64,000 nt of DNA from NCBI RefSeq assembly GCF_009914755.1, contig NC_060933.1, one strand, 5' to 3'. How positions within the stretch are numbered: position 1 is the stretch's first letter; every line of letters begins with the position of its first letter. Under the pieces are notes generated by a model. It was not told the origin of the DNA and did not search any database. It worked only from the letters and a program-made list of their open reading frames with translations. Below are positions 59,211-64,000 of this stretch, piece after piece. This DNA is from the human T2T-CHM13v2.0 reference genome, Homo sapiens. The position numbers and the translations under genes were made by a program.

Positions 59211-59589
59211 ACAGTCATTCTCAGTATCCATGAGGGATTTGTTTGGGGACCCCTGTAGATACCAACATCTGTGGATATTCAAGTTCCTTATATAAAATGG
59301 CATAGTATTTGCATGTAACCTACACACAACCTGCTGTATACTTTAAATCATCTCTAGGTTACTTATAATACCTAACACAACTACATAAATAGTTGTTAGG
59401 TTGTATGCTTTAGGAAATAATGACCGGAAGAAAAAGTCTACTTATTCAGGATAATTTTTTTTTCTGAGTATTCTTGACCCTTGGCAGGTTGAATCTGCAG
59501 ATTTGGAACCTGGGGATATGGAAGGCTGACTGTATATATGTGTCTCCATCCTATTGACTCTGTTTCATTGGGGCACCCTGACTAATACA
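58753..59589 (-). mobile_element. MLT2 (ERVL) solo LTR containing (CA)n and a MER2
   Basis: TGTGATAGTCAATTTTATGT..GAAGAGATTAGCATTTG..CCCTGACTAATACA; orientation tentative. Confidence 0.75.
59212..59532 (+). mobile_element. MER2 (Tigger MITE)
   Basis: CAGTC...GACTG termini with TA TSD. Confidence 0.88.
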
Positions 59590-60084
59590 GTGCATAGTTC
59601 CTCACCTACTTTTGAAGCTGTGGTTGCAATGGCAATATAGGTTTCAGAGCCTATACAGAGCTATTCGAGTCTTCTTTGTTCACTTTGTTCACTGAAGCTC
59701 CCACTTGATTCTGCTGATGCTTCCTGCAGGGGTGAGTGCACTTTCTCAGGCCTGGTTCCACTAGGTGAAGTGTGGGAGATGCCAGGCCATGGGTCAGTGA
59801 GTGCTTCCCTGAACCTGACCTCTGGGCTGGCTAGTGCCAGTGGGGCTCTTGTTTGATCCCTGCTGGTGTTACCTGAGGGCGTGGAAGGTGCTTTCCTGCC
59901 CTCCTTAGTGCCAGCTTATGGGTGGAGGATGCTGGGGCTATGGATAGACAATAATTCTCAGGGCCTGCTCATCAGGTCACTTGGTGCTGATGAGCTTCCT
60001 TACTGCATCTCTGCTACTGCTGCTGAGGTGGGAAACATCTACCTGGGTGCCTTCTGCCACCGATGTTGGAGGGAGAGTGTCAGG

Positions 60085-60595
60085 AAACAGTGGGCTTGGG
60101 TTACTCTGGGTCAGGAATCAGCATGGCTTGGCTAGATCTTCTGCTTCTGTGTTTCTCACGAAGCTGTAATCAAGATGTTGGCTGCCAGTAAGGTCTCATC
60201 TGAATATTCAACGGGAGAAAGATCTACTTTCAAGTGCCCTGATGTGGTTGTCAGATGTATTCAATTCCTTAAGGGTTCTTGGACTAAGAGCCTCAGTTCC
60301 TTTCTGGCTGTTGGCTAGAGGCTGCTCTCAGTTACTTGCTGAAGGAGTCCAACATGGCAACTTGCTGCACCCAAAGCAGCAAGCAAGCAAGTCCAGTAGC
60401 AAGACAGAAGTCACAATCTTATGTAACCTAACCATGAAAATGACATCTCATTACCTCTGTCATATTCTTTTGGTTGAAAGCAAGTCACTACATTCAGCTC
60501 ACACTCAAGGTTAGGGCGTGGGGGAAGTAGATTACATAAGGACATGAATACCAGAAGTGGATCATTAAGGACCATAGTAGAGTCTGTCTGCCACA
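60085..60595 (-). mobile_element. MaLR LTR (MLT1F-like)
   Basis: GGTCAGGAATC..AAGCAAGTCACTA..CACACTCAAGG..GTCTGCCACA. Confidence 0.65.
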
Positions 60596-60701
60596 GTCAT
60601 CATCAGTATTCCTTACAATTTTAGGGTTTTAATGGCCAATAATTCTTATCATTGTAGAATACTTAGTAAACCTCAGTTTTTTCAATTTTTTCTCTCATTA
60701 A

Positions 60702-61547
<846 letters not shown>

Positions 61548-61759
61548 TTCTTATAACTATGCTATGATGCCTCACTAAATTTATGAAAACATAATTAGTA
61601 TGATTACATATTCTTATAGAGGCAAGTTCTTCCTTTCCTGAGCCATCATAGCATTTTAGTTATGTCTTCCTTGTGATTTTGAGCACTTTTAAACTTGCAA
61701 AAGGAATATTTGTGAATAGTCTTCTCTCCCTTGCTAGACTGTAGGGTCTTTGAGGATAA

Positions 61760-62059
61760 ATTATTATTATTACTTGAGACAGGGTCTCACTCTGTCACTC
61801 AGGCTGGAGTGCAGTGGCTTGAATAAGGCTTACTGCAGCCTTGACCTCCTGGGCTCAAGCAGTTATCTTACCTCAGCCTCCTGAGTAGCTGGGACCACAA
61901 GTGCATGCCACCATGACCAGCTAATTGTTGTATATTTTGTAGAGATGGGGTATCACCATGTTGCCCAGGCTGGTCTCCAACTCCTGGGCTCAGGTGATCT
62001 GCCCACCTCAGCCTCCCAAAGTACTAGGATTGCAGGCGTGAGCCATCACACTCGGTCTG
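61760..62059 (-). mobile_element. AluJ
   Basis: Reverse full dimer. Confidence 0.9.
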
Positions 62060-62371
62060 ACAAATTATGGTTTTTAACATTTTTTACACCTGACTGCACC
62101 CAAAAGAGTACATTTACTATGGAGTTCAGTAAATATCTATTTTAAAAAAAAAGTCCCATAGCATTTTTAAAAATATGAACTCAACATCTCTTTGTATCAA
62201 TAAAAGTGAGATATAGATTTGATTTATGTATCTCTAGTTCACCTAAGTTCACTCAGATAGTAGACAGACTGAATACTAATTGAGGAGATTAATCACAAGC
62301 AGTTCATATCCAAACACTGAAAAATGTAGTAAATATCTGATGAATGAGTTGATGAATATTCATTTTTCTCC

Positions 62372-62603
62372 ATATATATATATATATATATATATCCCTT
62401 TGACATAGTCTCTGTGCATGTTTTTGTGCATGAATGTATGTGTATGTGTTTGTGTATATATAGACACATGTATATATACACACATACGTATATATACATA
62501 TATGTTTATATATGTATATATGTGTTTTATATATACATGTGTATGTGTATACATATATATGCACACGTATATACTCATATGTATATACACACACATATAT
62601 ATG
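62372..62603. repeat. (TA)n and degenerate (TA/TG/CA) alternating purine-pyrimidine tract
   Basis: Seen directly. Confidence 0.9.
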
Positions 62604-63100
62604 TTTCTGAGCTAGAGTCTGGGTATGTTTCTTCATAAGAAAATTTTATGCCTCCAAAGTATTTCCACATTATTTATAATAATATATAATAACATCACAT
62701 TGTGTAAGTAATAACATTAGTTTATCATCCATTTATTCTTTATCCAGCATAGGTAGAATTAGATGGTTCAAAATTGCAAAGAGAAACATAATTTATTTTG
62801 GAAGATTGTACATTTTTGTAAGTTTCTAAAAAGCTAAAAACTTTCATGAATTTTGTACTTGAGAAATTACTGTGATTCCTTTGTTAATTCATAAACCTAA
62901 TGGTATAACCATCACCTTTCTGACTGCCATGCTATCTTAACATTTTTAATTTGGGGAGGGGTTCTAAACTTTGTATCCCAATTATATTCTGGTGATAACA
63001 GCTTAGTAGGTTTATTGACAAAAAAATATTTGTTTAGGTAGCTTTCATATAGGCTGTTAAGTTTATTTGTGGTGTCCTGAACAGTTCCTTTCTGCTATTC

Positions 63101-64000
63101 TTTTTTTTTAAATTTTATTATTATTATACTTTAAGTTTTAGGGTACATGTGCACAATGTGCAGGTTAGTTACATATGTATACATGTGCCATGCTGGTGTG
63201 CTGCATCCATTAACTCGTCATTTAGCATTAGGTATATCTCCTAATGCTATCCCTCCCCACTCCCCCCACCCCACAACAGTCCCCAGAGTGTGATGTTCCC
63301 CTTCCTGTGTTCATGTGTTCTCATTGTTCAATTCCCACCTATGAGTAAGAACATGCGGTGTTTGGTTTTTTGTCCTTGCGATAGTTTACTGAGAATGATG
63401 ATTTCCAATTTCATCCATGTCCCTACAAAGGACATGAACTCATCATTTCTTATGGCTGCATAGTATTCCTTGGTGTATATGTGCCACATTTTCTTAATCT
63501 GGTCTGTCATTGTTAGACATTTGGGTTGGTTCCAAGTCTTTGCTATTGTGAATAGTGCCGCAATAAACATACGAGTGCATGTGTCTTTATAGCAGCATGA
63601 TTTATAGTACTTTGGGTATATACCCAGTAATGGGATGGCTGGGTCAAATGGTATTTCTAGTTCTAGATCCCTGAGGAATCGCCACACTGGCTTCCACAAT
63701 GGTTGAACCAGTTTACAGTCCCACCAACAGTGTAAAAGTGTTCCTATTTCTCCACATCTTCCCAGCACCCGTTGTTTCCTGACTTTTTTAATGATTGCCA
63801 TTCTAACCGGTGTGAGATGGTATCTCATTGTGGTTTTGATTTGCATTTCTCTGATGGCCAGTGATGGTGAGCATTTTTTCATGTGTTTTTTGGCTGCATA
63901 AATGTCTTCTTTTGTGAAGTGTCTGTTCATGTCCTTTGCCCACTTTTTGATGGGGTTGTTTGTTTTTTTCTTGTAAATTTGTTTGAGTTCATTGTAGATT
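63101..64000 (-). mobile_element. Young primate L1 (L1PA2-4-like) 3' end; runs off the window
   Basis: ORF2 C-terminus 63328-63930 ([17 protein letters not shown]); 3' UTR with G-rich tract; T-rich tail. Confidence 0.95.

Overview
Human (primate) genomic DNA. The left third holds the 5' half of STOM (stomatin, erythrocyte band 7.2b) on the minus strand. Coding exons 1-4 (18177-18117, 4147-4044, 2664-2592, 1293-1211) all have GT-AG boundaries and splice in frame to residues 1-107; exons 3 and 4 are missing from the supplied ORF track. A CpG-island promoter lies at about 17.7-18.8 kb. The remaining ~45 kb upstream is mostly interspersed repeats, often nested: about 30 Alus, old and young L1s, L2/MIR, MaLR, ERV1 and ERVL LTRs, an ERVL pol remnant, and hAT, Tigger and MULE DNA transposons. 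Repeat family names come from recalled consensus sequences, repeat boundaries are approximate, and subfamily calls are tentative. I found no convincing new protein-coding gene. The best leads are (1) a probable bidirectional promoter with a candidate divergent spliced non-coding exon at 23221-23315, (2) a diverged ~100-bp duplication in STOM intron 1 that keeps ETS and MEF2 motifs in both copies, (3) a MER4 ERV copy shaped like an L1-processed retrocopy, (4) a strong CTCF motif at 48.3 kb, and (5) several templated-insertion or hairpin scars. None of these is shown to be a novel system from sequence alone.
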